Part shown: positions 1 through 11,153 of the stretch, one piece after another | Layout: every line of letters begins with the position of its first letter | Position numbering within the stretch: position 1 is the stretch's first letter | Notes under the pieces: generated by a model | Told to the model about the DNA's origin: nothing | The model's input: only the letters and a program-made list of their open reading frames with translations | The model's database searches: none | Position numbers and translations under genes: made by a program | Assembly (NCBI GenBank): GCA_038143065.1 | Contig: JAYQLI010000035.1 | Coordinates: forward strand, 1,920,894-1,984,893 | DNA: 64,000 nucleotides | Source: Rhodospirillales bacterium | GTDB lineage: Bacteria > Pseudomonadota > Alphaproteobacteria > Bin95 | Direction of reading: 5' to 3'

Positions 1-872
1 AAGCCAACCGGCTTCCCTTTCAAATGCCTGGCGACCGCCAAAGGCCTCAGGGTCGATGCACTGAACGTAAACAGAGGCCCCCATTGGGTAGAACCGTCTG
101 CACGCCCATACCCACCAAGACCGGAGGTTAATGCTTCAGCCATAAGAGCTAAACCAAAGCCTTTATGACCTCTGTCTAAACCACCAAGAGGCAGAAAGGC
201 TCCTGGAGGATCAGTGAACAGTTCCTCTGGATCATCAGTTGCCTTACCGTCAGCAGTTATTAGCCATTCACCAGGCAAGCGAAGTCCCACAGACTTCTGC
301 CGCATAGCGAGACCCATTGTGGTGCCAGACGCCGAAATATCTATCAGAACTGGGTCACCATCTGTCGGATATCCAAAAGCTATAGGATTCGGTGTGAACA
401 GCGGTTCTGTGGCTCCATAAGGCGCCACCGCCTTTACTGAGGGGTCTGATGAAACGAGCATAACTGCGAGGCCTTGCTCAGTTGCGATTGGGAGAAAAGT
501 CGCAAGGCAGGCAATATGATGAGATCGTCGGATAGTGATGGCTGCCAGCCCGTGCTCTTTGGCCCGCCGTGCTGCCTCATCTACAGCCTTCCATGCCAGC
601 CAGACACCTGATCTGTAGCCCCCATCCCAAACAGCAGCCACGGTCTTATCAGAAATAACCTCTACATCGCCATCTGCTGGCATATTTCCTTGCTTCAGGT
701 CCTTTAGATACCCTGCGGCTTGAGCAAGGCCATGTGTATCATGGCCCATTAGGTCGCCCTCAACTAAATATCGTGCGACAATCCTTGATCGGTCGTCAGG
801 CATTCCAGCGGCAACGAATAAAGCAGTAGCAAAGGATTCAAGATTCTCTGCAGAGTACAGAACATTAGTCAT
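1..872 (-). CDS. Ldh_2 (malate/L-lactate/ureidoglycolate dehydrogenase) family oxidoreductase, runs off the window start
   Basis: Hand translation from ATG at 872: MTNVLYSAENLESFATALFVAAGMPDDRSRIVARYLVEGDLMGHDTHG...RRSHHIACL...GHKGFGLALMAEAL, typical Ldh_2 motifs. Not in the ORF track. Confidence 0.85.
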   Translation of the reverse strand, partial: MTNVLYSAENLESFATALFVAAGMPDDRSRIVARYLVEGDLMGHDTHGLAQAAGYLKDLKQGNMPADGDVEVISDKTVAAVWDGGYRSGVWLAWKAVDEAARRAKEHGLAAITIRRSHHIACLATFLPIATEQGLAVMLVSSDPSVKAVAPYGATEPLFTPNPIAFGYPTDGDPVLIDISASGTTMGLAMRQKSVGLRLPGEWLITADGKATDDPEELFTDPPGAFLPLGGLDRGHKGFGLALMAEALTSGLGGYGRADGSTQWGPLFTFSASTLRPLAVARHLKGKPVG

Positions 873-905
873 AGGTTTGTCTGTCCTTATAGTGCAATGA
901 TGGCC

Positions 906-2512
906 TTAAGCGGCGTCCTCAAGAATCATCTCAGCGCCTTTTTCAGCGATCATAATTACCGGCGCATTGGTGTTCCCAGAAACTAGGGTTGGCATCACCG
1001 AGGCATCAACAACGCGGAGTCCATCCAGACCCTGCACTTTAAGGCGATCATCAACCACAGCCATTGGATCATCACGCCGGCCCATCCTGCAGGTCCCAAC
1101 AGGATGAAATATCGTAACACCGTTTGATCGAGCTACATCCAACAATTCATCATCGGTATGAGCCCCTCTGGCCGGTGATAATTCTTCGCGTATGTGCTTG
1201 GCTAGAGATGGAGCCGCAACAATTTTCCGAACGATGTGCATTCCGGCCACAATTGCTTGCTGGTCTATTTCATCAGAAAGAAAGTTGGGGCGTATTGCTG
1301 GCGGCTCTCTGTAATCTTTTGACTTGATGTGTATTGTGCCTCGGCTTTCTGGCCTATTTTGATTAGGAGCAAACGTTATTCCAGGAAAATCATCTAGAAT
1401 ACGCTTGCGAACATCTTTGAAAGAAGCGTGCGTGGCTCGAATTTGAAGATCCGGGACCTCCAACTCAGGACGAGACCTTACAAAGCCATTTAAGAGTCCC
1501 GCCGGAACGGCGAGAACGCCCTTGCGGGTAAACGCATACTTAACCAGTTCCTTAGCGAGCGATAGACCTTTGGTCTGCTGGTTGAAGGAAGGAAACCTTC
1601 AAACCTCCAAACCATACGAACTAACATGTGGTCGCGATAATTTTCACCCACCCCCAAAGATTCATGGCGAACCTTCACTCCATGCTGACCCAAAATGTCT
1701 GGCCTACCAATACCAGACAATTCTAGAATTTGGGGAGATTGCACGGCCCCAGCAGCAAGAATTACCTCTCGTCCCGCTTTGGCCAGTTTTTTGGTTCCCT
1801 TGCAGTCGTAGGAAACTCCCGTTACGCGCCGACCCTCAATTTGTAACTCCGTCACAAATGCATGTGTTTCAATCCGGAGGTTTGGCCTATTTTTAACTGG
1901 ATCTAAAAATGCTTTGGCTGCAGACCAGCGCCTCCCTCTCTTTTGAGTCACTTGATAATAAGAGAAACCTTCTTGATCACCCTTATTATAGTCATCAGTA
2001 AGCTTAAAACCCGCTTCGACAGCCGCCTTTAGAACCTGATCAAGCATTGGATAAGTTTCGGTCAGGTCAGCAACGTTTAATTCTCCCCCACGGCCACGCC
2101 ATGGAGTGGCTTCAGATGCGCCCTCTCTGTTTTCCGACTTTATGAATAAGGGCAACACATCATCCCATGACCATCCACGACAACCCATTTGGGCCCAGTC
2201 ATCATAGTCGCGGGCCTGGCCCCTGACATAAACCATTCCATTTATTGAAGATGAACCGCCAAGCGCCTTTCCACGTGCAATTGGTAATTTTCGATTTTTT
2301 GTTCCTTCTTCAGGCTCAGACTCAAACCCCCAATTGTAACGGGGGTTATTCATCGTTTTAACGAAACCAGCAGGGACATGGATAAGGGGATGACTATCTT
2401 TACCACCAGCTTCCAGCAGTAAAACTCTATTGTTTGGGTCTGCTGTCAGGCGATTTGCGAGTACACACCCTGCTGAGCCGGCTCCAATAATTATGTAGTC
2501 GAAGACATCCAT
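906..2512 (-). CDS. GMC family oxidoreductase (choline dehydrogenase-like), one frameshift near 1590-1597
   Basis: GAGSAG FAD motif, [19 protein letters not shown]-terminal HPVGTCRMG and GNTNAP. The two ORFs join if one base is added in TTTCCTTCC. Confidence 0.9.
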
Positions 2513-2542
2513 AGCACTGCACCTGCGCGAACTTTTAAAAAA

Positions 2543-2619
2543 TGGCGACCCCGGCAGGATTCGAACCTGCGACCGCGAGCTTAGAAGGCACGTGCTCTAT
2601 CCAGCTGAGCTACGGGGTC
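2543..2619 (-). tRNA. tRNA-Arg (anticodon TCT)
   Basis: Reverse complement GACCCCGTAGCTCAGCTGGATAGAGCACGTGCCTTCTAAGCTCGCGGTCGCAGGTTCGAATCCTGCCGGGGTCGCCA has a D-loop, anticodon loop CT-TCT-AA, GGTTCGAATCC T-arm and encoded CCA. Confidence 0.97.
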
Positions 2620-2642
2620 TGTAGCTGGAGGGTAAAGGTTCC

Positions 2643-2930
2643 CTACCAGCGAAAATTGTCTGAGTAACTCTTAACCTTGGGCAAACGCTGCTTTGGTTCC
2701 CGAACAGCGTAGGAAATATTTCGGCCCTCAGCGTAAGCAATTGCCTCTTCTTTACTGTCAAAGCGAAGCTGCACCTGGCGACGAGTATCGCCTGAACCTA
2801 TCCACCCCATCAATGGCTCCGCTCTTCGGGCTTCAGATGGTTCCCACTCTAAGACCCACGACTTGGTCTTAGCTCTGCCTTGCTGCATAGCAGTACGTGC
2901 TGGCTGAAAGATTCTTGCTGTAGCAGTCAT
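2643..2930 (-). CDS. ETC complex I accessory subunit (NDUFS4-like)
   Basis: ARIFQPARTAMQQG...EPLMGWIGSGD...LRFDSKEEAIAYAE...KSYSDNF signature; usual position next to tRNA-Arg in alphaproteobacteria. Confidence 0.92.
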   Translation of the reverse strand: MTATARIFQPARTAMQQGRAKTKSWVLEWEPSEARRAEPLMGWIGSGDTRRQVQLRFDSKEEAIAYAEGRNISYAVREPKQRLPKVKSYSDNFRW

Positions 2931-3179
2931 TTTGGCTCGTTTCCCAGCCTCTCAAACTTAATATCCTCACCTTTTTTACTCATAAACCGTAGTGGGCGAA
3001 AGACTTCTAATGCGAGGAGCAAAGGAAATTATGTCTCGGTGTATTAAAGCTCAAACCCTAAGGGGTGCAGGTACGCACTGAAAGCTTTTTGTATTTCCCG
3101 TCTATAATGCTGGTGATTATATGTAATTAAGAGAAGAATAAAGGCCAGGATATGGCTAAGCAGGGACAGAGAAGTCGGG

Positions 3180-4160
3180 ATGAGAGCCGTTGTTTGTACC
3201 GCCCTGGGTGGTCCTGAAAATCTTGAGGTAATCAGCAGGCCTGCCCTAAAGAATCCAGGCTTGAATGAGGTTTTAGTTCAACAGCGAGCGTGGGGCGTCA
3301 ATTTCGTCGATGCTCTTATGTGCCGTGGTGGATATCAACTAAAACCTGACCCACCTTTCATCCCAGGTTTAGAAGCTGCTGGCGAAATCGTGGCCGTTGG
3401 CCCCAATATAGAGGGTTGGAAAATTGGAGATCGTGTCATCTCGCACCACCGACCAGGTGGATTTCAAGAGATGCATATTCTTACAGCTGACGAATTGTGG
3501 CCTGTACCTTCTGTTATGAGTTTTGAGGAAGCTGCGACTTTCCGATCTGCCGCGATGACGGCCTACCACAGCCTTGTAGATAGAGGCAGGCTAGAAAATG
3601 GTGAAATAGTCTTAGTTCATGGTGCTACTGGTGGCGTTGGACTTGCTGCCGTCCAACTCGCAAAAGCCCTGGGTGCAACAGTGATAGCAACCGGGGGGGA
3701 CAATAAAAAGCTGGCTATGGTAAAATTGGCCGGTGCGGACCATGTCATTTCTTCTGCTCCTGGTTTCCGTGATGAAGTAAAAGCACTTACCGATGGCTTC
3801 GGGGTAAATCTTGTTTATGACCCAGTAGGCGGTGATATCTTTGATGAAAGTGTTCGATGCCTAGCTTGGGAGGGTAGAATTATCGTTGTTGGTTTTGTGT
3901 CTGGCCGCGCCGCATCGGCTAAAACAAACCACCTATTGATAAAGGGGGCATCAGTCATCGGCATTAGAGCTGGAGAAGGGGCTAGGAGAAATCCTGTTAG
4001 GGGTGCTCTTGCAAAGGCAAATTTATTGTCATTAGCAGAAAGCGGGCAGATAACACCTCACATATCACACCGTTTCCAGCTAGAAGATGTAGGTGAAGCT
4101 TTTCGCGCTATTGAGGCACGGAAAATAACCGGTAAAGCTGTACTCACATCAAGCAGGTAA
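3180..4160 (+). CDS. NADPH:quinone oxidoreductase family (MDR, zeta-crystallin-like)
   Basis: GVNFVD, PFIPGLEAAG, HGATGGVG, YDPVGG, C-terminal GKAVL. Confidence 0.9.
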   Translation: MRAVVCTALGGPENLEVISRPALKNPGLNEVLVQQRAWGVNFVDALMCRGGYQLKPDPPFIPGLEAAGEIVAVGPNIEGWKIGDRVISHHRPGGFQEMHILTADELWPVPSVMSFEEAATFRSAAMTAYHSLVDRGRLENGEIVLVHGATGGVGLAAVQLAKALGATVIATGGDNKKLAMVKLAGADHVISSAPGFRDEVKALTDGFGVNLVYDPVGGDIFDESVRCLAWEGRIIVVGFVSGRAASAKTNHLLIKGASVIGIRAGEGARRNPVRGALAKANLLSLAESGQITPHISHRFQLEDVGEAFRAIEARKITGKAVLTSSR

Positions 4161-4214
4161 AAGTCAAAAACTGAGAATTACCTGATAATTTTCCAGGATG
4201 GCGGCACACCAACA

Positions 4215-4886
4215 TCAGCGATTTGGCATTCCAATCACGACGTCGACATAACTGCGATAAGTTTGATCCTTTGGCTTATCGAGATCTTCTGGGTTTTCAT
4301 AGCGAATAGAAGATTTTCCCAGAAGTCGTTCTGGCAAAACTGATGTGCGAACGAACCGCGTAGCAAGTTTGCCCGCCTGTGCAAATACAGGATCAGGACC
4401 ACTCTCAAACCACGGCTCGCCAATACCATAGCTGTGAGATGTATTTTCAGCATCAATTCGGATGGAACCAGAAACGAGAGAACGGATTCCCGGACCCCGA
4501 TGTGTATGGGTATATGCGCAGCCACCGGCGGGAAAGGCGACACCATCTAATCGCATTAACCAGCCTTCATTATCTTCTGTCTCAACAGTCTTGATGGCGC
4601 CTGAGAGGAGAAGGTTTGAAATAACACCATCACCTTCGGCCAAACTTTCCTCCGTCTCTTCAAGAGCAATTTCCCAACGCCATACTTCTGCACCTTTTGG
4701 ACCTGCTGATAAGGACATAGCGGACTTTGAATAAAACCCAGAATCTTTTTCCAAAGACTTATCTTGCAGTAAGGTGGCGCTGCCATCGTAAACATAAACT
4801 ATTCGATGTGCAGCTTTTAACGGACGGAGAATCTCGGCACCTGGTTGAAGTTGATCACGATAAAAACGGAGTTCAAGTGATGTCAT
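4215..4886 (-). CDS. Uncharacterised bicupin-like protein
   Basis: 223 aa ORF overlapping the soxG stop (ATGA-type coupling is not exact; ATG at 4884-4886 overlaps TAA 4883-4885). Contains FPAGGCAYTHTHRGPGIRSLVSGSIRI, resembling cupin motif 1, and an N-terminal HRIVYVYDGSATL beta-strand pattern. Confidence 0.6.
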   Translation of the reverse strand: MTSLELRFYRDQLQPGAEILRPLKAAHRIVYVYDGSATLLQDKSLEKDSGFYSKSAMSLSAGPKGAEVWRWEIALEETEESLAEGDGVISNLLLSGAIKTVETEDNEGWLMRLDGVAFPAGGCAYTHTHRGPGIRSLVSGSIRIDAENTSHSYGIGEPWFESGPDPVFAQAGKLATRFVRTSVLPERLLGKSSIRYENPEDLDKPKDQTYRSYVDVVIGMPNR

Positions 4887-5461
4887 TTATCTGATCTCGC
4901 AAGTATCAATCCAAATTCCCTACCTGCTTCCTTCAGCCACAAAGCCCAAGAACGCGCGAAGCTGCGGGCAATGTAAATATCAAATGCATCATTTCCAGAA
5001 GCATGAATGACGACATTGGCATTACCTACTGACGTTTGTGCAAATGCGCCGGTAGGAAAGCTCTTCGCCCTAAGATCAATCTTTGCGTCTACCGCCAACA
5101 AATCTCGAGCGGCACTTCCTCTTATAAAAATTCTTGTTCGGGCGGAACCGGTATCAATAGCTGCAAAGGTATCGTTATTCTCTAAATGCTGGCCAAAGTT
5201 TGCGTTGGCTTCATCAAACGCAAGCCATTGATCCGGACCAAGTCGGAAGATAACCCGATTATCCAATTGTGCAGCCATCATTGGGTCTGTTGGCAACGCT
5301 AACCCAAGAGCTTGAGCTGCTGATTCTACAAAACTTGAATCTTGAAGCCGACCTCGAAGCAGTGCTTGCCCAGCGGGTGGAGCAGCGTAAGCAATGAGCC
5401 CTCCCTCAGGTTTTTCTAACCCAAGGCCAGTCACCATTTGGTCTCGCACGGAGTCAGGCAC
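4883..5461 (-). CDS. soxG: Sarcosine oxidase subunit gamma
   Basis: RLGPDQWL, IRGSAARDLLA, IDL..FPTGAFAQT, RSFARS. Likely GTG start at 5461 overlapping the soxA stop. Confidence 0.88.
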   Translation of the reverse strand: MPDSVRDQMVTGLGLEKPEGGLIAYAAPPAGQALLRGRLQDSSFVESAAQALGLALPTDPMMAAQLDNRVIFRLGPDQWLAFDEANANFGQHLENNDTFAAIDTGSARTRIFIRGSAARDLLAVDAKIDLRAKSFPTGAFAQTSVGNANVVIHASGNDAFDIYIARSFARSWALWLKEAGREFGLILARSDK

Positions 5462-8396
5462 GAATTCTTGTTCCCTCTTTATCAATGAAGACGGGATCTA
5501 CCACTTTTACTTCAACGCTTTCACCCATCACAGGTGAGACGATGAAGACTTTCTCCCCAACCATACTGTTACCATTTTTTATTAAGGCCAATGCTATTGT
5601 GCGCTCTAACTCCGACGAATATGCCCAAGAAGTCACATGGCCTATCGAAGGCCCAGATGCAGAGCCTGTATCTCTAGCAGTGATTTGACCGCCTATTGGT
5701 ACGTTGGCTTTTTGATCGTCAACAACAAGACCTACGAGCTGTTTTCTACCTGCTTCCGAGAACAACGGGAGGCTTAGAGACCTTATTCCGATTGCATCTT
5801 TTTTCTTATCAACCAAGCCTCCAAGTCCAACATCATCCGGGATAGTGCGACCGTCGGCTTCAGCATGGGTGATATGTCCTTTTTCAATCCTCAAGGCTCC
5901 CATTGCTTCGGTTCCGTAAGCAATCATTCCTAATTTGGACGAAAGCTCACATAGCGTCTGCCAGAGAGCAGCGCCCCAATCAGCACTTATATTAATTTCG
6001 TAAGATAGTTCTCCTGAATAGCTTATCCGCATGACGCGCAATCTTCGATTAAACAGAGTTGTTTCCACCATACCCATTAGTGGAAGTGCAGCGTTAGTGA
6101 CATCAAGGTCTGGCAAAAGATTGGCAAGCAAATCACGTGCGAGAGGCCCTGAAACAGCAACGGCGAACCATTCTTCTGTTACAGGCGTTACATATACTTC
6201 TAGATCAGGCCACAGAACCTGAAGCGCATGTTCAATATGTTGAAACACAGCACTTGCACCACCCGTAGTGCAGCTAAGATGAAAGCGGTTTTCACCAATT
6301 CTAAAAACCACTCCATCATCGAAAATACGACCATCTTCACGAAGCATTAGACCATATCGTCCGCGCCCCAGCCGCAGGCTCGACATCCGGTTTGTATAAA
6401 GCTTATCTAAAAATATTCCTGCGTCTGGGCCCTGGACGTCAATTTTTCCGAGCGTTGAAACATCTATTATGCCTCCCGATGCACGAACTGACGCTGCCTC
6501 GGTTCGATATGCTTCACCAACAGTTGCTCCATTAGCCTGATAAAATCTTGGTCGTCTCCAGAGTCCTGCATCTATGAATGATGCGCCTTGGGCTTCATGA
6601 TATTGGTCAGCTGCGGTCCTCCGAATGGCGTGCCCCACTTCTCCCATTGTTGCACCAGCTACAGCTCCAAAAGTAACAGGCGTCGTTGGGGGCCGAAATG
6701 TAGTAACTCCTGTATTTGCAATTTCTTGCCCAGTAGCCGCCGCGAGCAAAGCAAGACCAATGGGACCAGCGGCTCTGCCTTGATCTGTTCCCATACCCAG
6801 CGTGGTATACCGTTTTACATGCTCTATCGAGCGATATCCCTCTCGAGCAGCAAGCTCAATATCTTTGTCCGCAACATCGTTCTGAAAATCAATAAATCGT
6901 GTGCCTTTTGTGAGCTTTGGCAACTCCCACGGTGCGGGCGCATTATTGGAGACACTTAGGCCAGAGGCCGGCAGTATCACATTTCGCCCTGCGCTAAATC
7001 CTTCAGCAATCGCTGTATCAAAATCAAATGTACCGCGGGCACCACCGATCGACACATGGCCGTCTGGACTATCGGCTGGAACAAAGGCATTCTATCCTGC
7101 ATTCCAATTTAGTTTCCCGCGTGCTTGCGCATGAAGCTGTAAAGCCGGACCATATCCGCCGGTTGTTAAAATAGCGTCAGTTGATATTAGATCGAGCTTA
7201 TTGGCGCCGGACTTTGAGCAGCGCCATATCTCGGCAGCGTTAACCCTTCGGCGGCCATGGGCTCGCGCCACCATAGCTCCTCGCTCTACTCTAACTCCAT
7301 CTGCTGCTAGTAGATCAGCCATTGCACCAGGCTCTTCACGTGTGTCTATGACAGCTCGAACATTTGCCCCGGCCTCTAAAAAATCCCTTGCGATTGCATA
7401 TATGCGATCATCGGCGCCAGTAATTACCGGGGCCTTTCCAGCCATTACCCCGTAACGCCAAATATACCCTCTAGCAGCACCAGCCAGCATCACTCCTGGA
7501 CGGTCATTATCACCAAACAAAAGAGGTCGTTCGACTCCACCTGCGGCGATAATAAATCGCTCAGATCTAACTTGCCAAAACCGCTCTTCGGGTTGACCAT
7601 CTATTCTTCCATCCCGCATGGCAAGGCGCTCTGAAAGCGTGAATAAACTGTGCTCGTAGACACCCACAACAGTGGTCATCTTCATAATCTGAACATTTGG
7701 GAGCGCTTCGAGCTTCTCAATTATTTCAGTTAACCATTTGTCTGTGGCAGCGTTTTGATGATTTAAAAGTCCACCGCCGAGTGCTTGACCACATGATGCT
7801 AAAATGACGTCTTGCCCAGCCTCTCCTGCTGCAAGAGCAGCCGATAAGCCAGCAGGGCCAGCGCCAGCTATCAGAACATCTGTATGTACATTTCGGTGAG
7901 CATATCTCGCCGAGTCTGCCTCTACTGGCGGTGGTCCCAGGCCAGCCATTTTTCGAATTTGGCCTTCATACCGAAGCCATTGTGAAGGGGGCCACATAAA
8001 AGTTTTATAATAAAACCCAGCTGGCAGAAGAGATCGTGCACGATCAAGCAACCCAAAGAGATCATTTTGAACATTTGGCCAGGCATTTTGCCCAGAAACA
8101 CTCATTCCCTCTTCCACTAGAGTTACAGTGGCACGCTGATTTGGGGTCAGTGAAGGACCAAAGCCTGTGGTTACAAGAGCGTTTGGCTCGTCTGTACCTA
8201 GAGCATAAACACCTCTTGGACGATGAAGTTTAAAACTTCGCCCTATTATGGATCGGCCTGAAGCGAGAAGAGCAGAGGCGATGCTATCGCCCGGGTGAAA
8301 GAGAACAGTCTTCTTATCAAACTGAAATTCACACGTCTTACTTCGATCTATCAAACGACCGCCTTGGGAAGTTCGATTTGGTTGTGAAGCCTTCAT
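5454..8396 (-). CDS. soxA: Sarcosine oxidase subunit alpha, interrupted by an in-frame TAG at 7092-7094
   Basis: RSFKLHRPRG, AGFYYKTFMWP, GAGPAG, DFQNDV, KRYTTLGMGTDQG and a GcvT-like C-terminus. The two ORFs are in the same frame (WNAG*NAFVP). Confidence 0.92.
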
Positions 8397-8659
8397 TGCT
8401 GATCCTCACGAGCAGCTCTTACAGATCCAATAGCGTGAGTAACTGTGTCTCTTTCTATGATTAACCAAAGATGACACCCGGCGCTGTGCAACCATAGCTC
8501 CTGATGCTGGCCTTTGGGGTTTTCTCGTTCATAGATATAGGCCGCCCATTGCTGATCCGAGGAATTCGCTGGATCAGGACGCTTCACACGCGCATCGCCA
8601 CCATAAACAAATTCTGTCTCAGGCCGCGGGCCACAATGGGGACAAGGGATCAACAGCAT
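8393..8659 (-). CDS. soxD: Sarcosine oxidase subunit delta
   Basis: CPHCGPR.ETEF, ELWLHSAGC, RDTVT zinc-binding pattern. Confidence 0.95.
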   Translation of the reverse strand: MLLIPCPHCGPRPETEFVYGGDARVKRPDPANSSDQQWAAYIYERENPKGQHQELWLHSAGCHLWLIIERDTVTHAIGSVRAAREDQQ

Positions 8660-8661
8660 GA

Positions 8662-9933
8662 CTAATGCGCCTTTGGAAATGGGCCTGCGCCCTTTTCATC
8701 AATAACGGCTGAACGACCGAAACGCTCGAGAGTGAATGAAGCATTTAAAGAGTGGGGTTCACCGGTAGCGATTGTATGAGCAAAACACCATCCAGACCCA
8801 GGTATGGCTTTAAAGCCCCCGTAGCACCATCCACCATCAAAAAAGAGACCCGGTATAGGAGTTTTTCCAATAATTGGGCTGCCATCCATTGTCATATCCA
8901 TGACCCCCGCCCATTGCCTCATCCACTTAAGGCGACTGATGTTAGGGAACATTTCCGTTGCTGCTGAGGTCACTTCTTGAATGTTTGGTATCGTTCCGCG
9001 TTGCCCATAAGAATTATATCCATCTAGCCCGCCCCCAAGCAGAACTTCACCTTTGTCAGTTTGTGAAATGTAAAAGTGAAGGGCTCCGGTTGAAACAACG
9101 ACATCAAGAAATGGCTTAACCGGCTCTGAGACAAACGCCTGCAACAAATGACTTTCGATCGGCAACCTCACATCAGCCATCGCCATAACTTGTCCAGAGT
9201 GTCCAGCAACCGCAACGCCAACCTTTGAAGCAGAAATAGGTCCCCTATTCGTTTCCACGCCAGTAATACGGCCATCAACAGCCCGCTTAAATCCAGTGAC
9301 TTCACAATTCTGGATAATATCGACGCCCAAGGCATCGGCTCCACGCGCAAACCCCCAAGCAACCGCGTCATGCCGGGCAACACCTCCCCGTGGTTGGGAC
9401 AGCGCCGCTAAAATCGGCCATCTCAAAGAACCGTCTTGCCCAAGATTGATTGAAGGCACACGTCGTTTTAATTCATCGGCTGTTAAAAACTCTGCATCGA
9501 TCCCGTTCAAACGCATAGCGTTGTAGCGACGCATAGTGGACTCAAGTTCAGCTGGGGTATGACAGGTATTAATCACACTTCGCTGGCTGAACATCACATT
9601 AAAATTTAAGTCGCTAGAGAGTCCTTCCCAGAGCTTCAAAGAATGCTCATAGAAATTTGCATTTTCTTCCAACAGGTAATTGGAACGAACTATTGTCGTG
9701 TTTCGACCGGTATTTCCTCCTCCAATCCAGCCGCGCTCTAGTAACGCTACTTTGTTGATCCCATGCAACTTGGCCAAGTAGTAAGCAGTGGCAAGTCCAT
9801 GCCCACCCCCGCCTACAACAATGACATCATATTTGTCCTTTGGTTCAGGATGCCTGATCGCAGGCTGCCAATTTTTGTGGCCCGTTAATGCATGCTTTGC
9901 TAGAGCCAGAAATGAGTAGCGTTCGTTTACCAA
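8662..9933 (-). CDS. soxB: Sarcosine oxidase subunit beta
   Basis: GGGGHGLATAYYLA, GGGNTGRNTTIVRSNY, RHDAVAWGFAR, GGFKAIPGSG. Confidence 0.95.
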   Translation of the reverse strand: MVNERYSFLALAKHALTGHKNWQPAIRHPEPKDKYDVIVVGGGGHGLATAYYLAKLHGINKVALLERGWIGGGNTGRNTTIVRSNYLLEENANFYEHSLKLWEGLSSDLNFNVMFSQRSVINTCHTPAELESTMRRYNAMRLNGIDAEFLTADELKRRVPSINLGQDGSLRWPILAALSQPRGGVARHDAVAWGFARGADALGVDIIQNCEVTGFKRAVDGRITGVETNRGPISASKVGVAVAGHSGQVMAMADVRLPIESHLLQAFVSEPVKPFLDVVVSTGALHFYISQTDKGEVLLGGGLDGYNSYGQRGTIPNIQEVTSAATEMFPNISRLKWMRQWAGVMDMTMDGSPIIGKTPIPGLFFDGGWCYGGFKAIPGSGWCFAHTIATGEPHSLNASFTLERFGRSAVIDEKGAGPFPKAH

Positions 9934-9935
9934 AA

Positions 9936-11086
9936 TTAAGCCTGCTTAACCGCACCAGAGCCTTCTAGGTGGGCGATTTCTTCATTCGAAAAACCCCAAG
10001 CTTTAAGAGTATCACGAGTGTGTTGTCCCGCTGAAGATGCACCCATCGTAACTTTTGTTGGCGTCTCCGAGAAGCGAGGAGCCGGCGCTGGTTGCTTATA
10101 TCCATCTATTTCAACAAAGGTTTCGCGAGCAACATTGTGATGATGTTCCATTGCCTCGGACATTGTCAGGACAGAACCAAAACAGACATCCGAGTCTTCC
10201 ATGAGCTCAACCCACTCTTCCCTAGTTTTGGTTTTGAACACTTCTGCGAGTTTTGCGCGATTATCTGGCCAATGATCACGGTCGCCTTGAGGGTAAAGGT
10301 CACTGTCTGATAAGCCCGTCTTTTCTTGTAGCAGTGCGTAGAATTGAGGTTCAATTGACCCAATCGAAATGTGTCGCCCATCCTTGGTTTCAAACACTCC
10401 ATAATAATGCGCACCACCATCAAGACGGTTATAACCACGCTTATCTTCTTTCCATGTTCCTGCTGCGAGGGCGCCAAACATTGCAGCCAAAAGAGAGGCT
10501 GACCCCTCCACCATAGATGTATCGACCACTTGGCCTTTACCTGTCTTTTGGGCCGAAATGTAAGCGGCAAGAACACCCATCGCGAGGTACAAAGACCCCC
10601 TCCAAAGTCACCAACAAGATTTAGAGGGGGAGTGGGCGCGCCATCGACGGGACCAATACAAGACAACGCTCCAGATAAGGAAATGTAATTGATGTCATGT
10701 CCAGCGGTGTGAGCGATGGGACCCGTTTGCCCCCAACCCGTCATTCTACCAACAATCAACTTGGGGTTGCGGCCGTGCAGCACTTCAGGTCCAAGACCTA
10801 GACGTTCCAAGACGCCAGGGCGAAAGCCTTCAATTAGTATATCAGCACCTTCACACAGCTTTAAAACTGTCTCGACACCTTCTGAGTTTTTTAAATCGAC
10901 GGCCAGATTGGGCCTGCCTCGTGTCAAATTATTGAATTTATCTGGTATTGCTCCGGTGCGGCCAACATTAGCTGACCGATCCACTCGAACAACGTCAGCA
11001 CCCATGTCCGCCAACAACATGCAACAATGGGGCCCAGGTCCAATCCCAGCTAATTCAACAATTTTTACACCTTCTAACGGCCCCAT
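9936..11086 (-). CDS. CaiB/BaiF family, alpha-methylacyl-CoA racemase-like; frameshift at the C5 run 10596-10600
   Basis: [29 protein letters not shown] and NLVGDFGGG (racemase His/Asp pair), PAPAPRFS. Confidence 0.88.
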
Positions 11087-11153
11087 AGCATGTTTGCTCC
11101 TTGGTGATAATTTAGCTTACGCAATAGAGTATATCTCACAGTCTATATTGGAA

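Noticed and set aside
10716-11153. N-terminal extension or fusion of the 540-aa CaiB ORF
   Set aside because: It is the open antisense frame of the divergent racemase-like gene; homology begins at about 11154.
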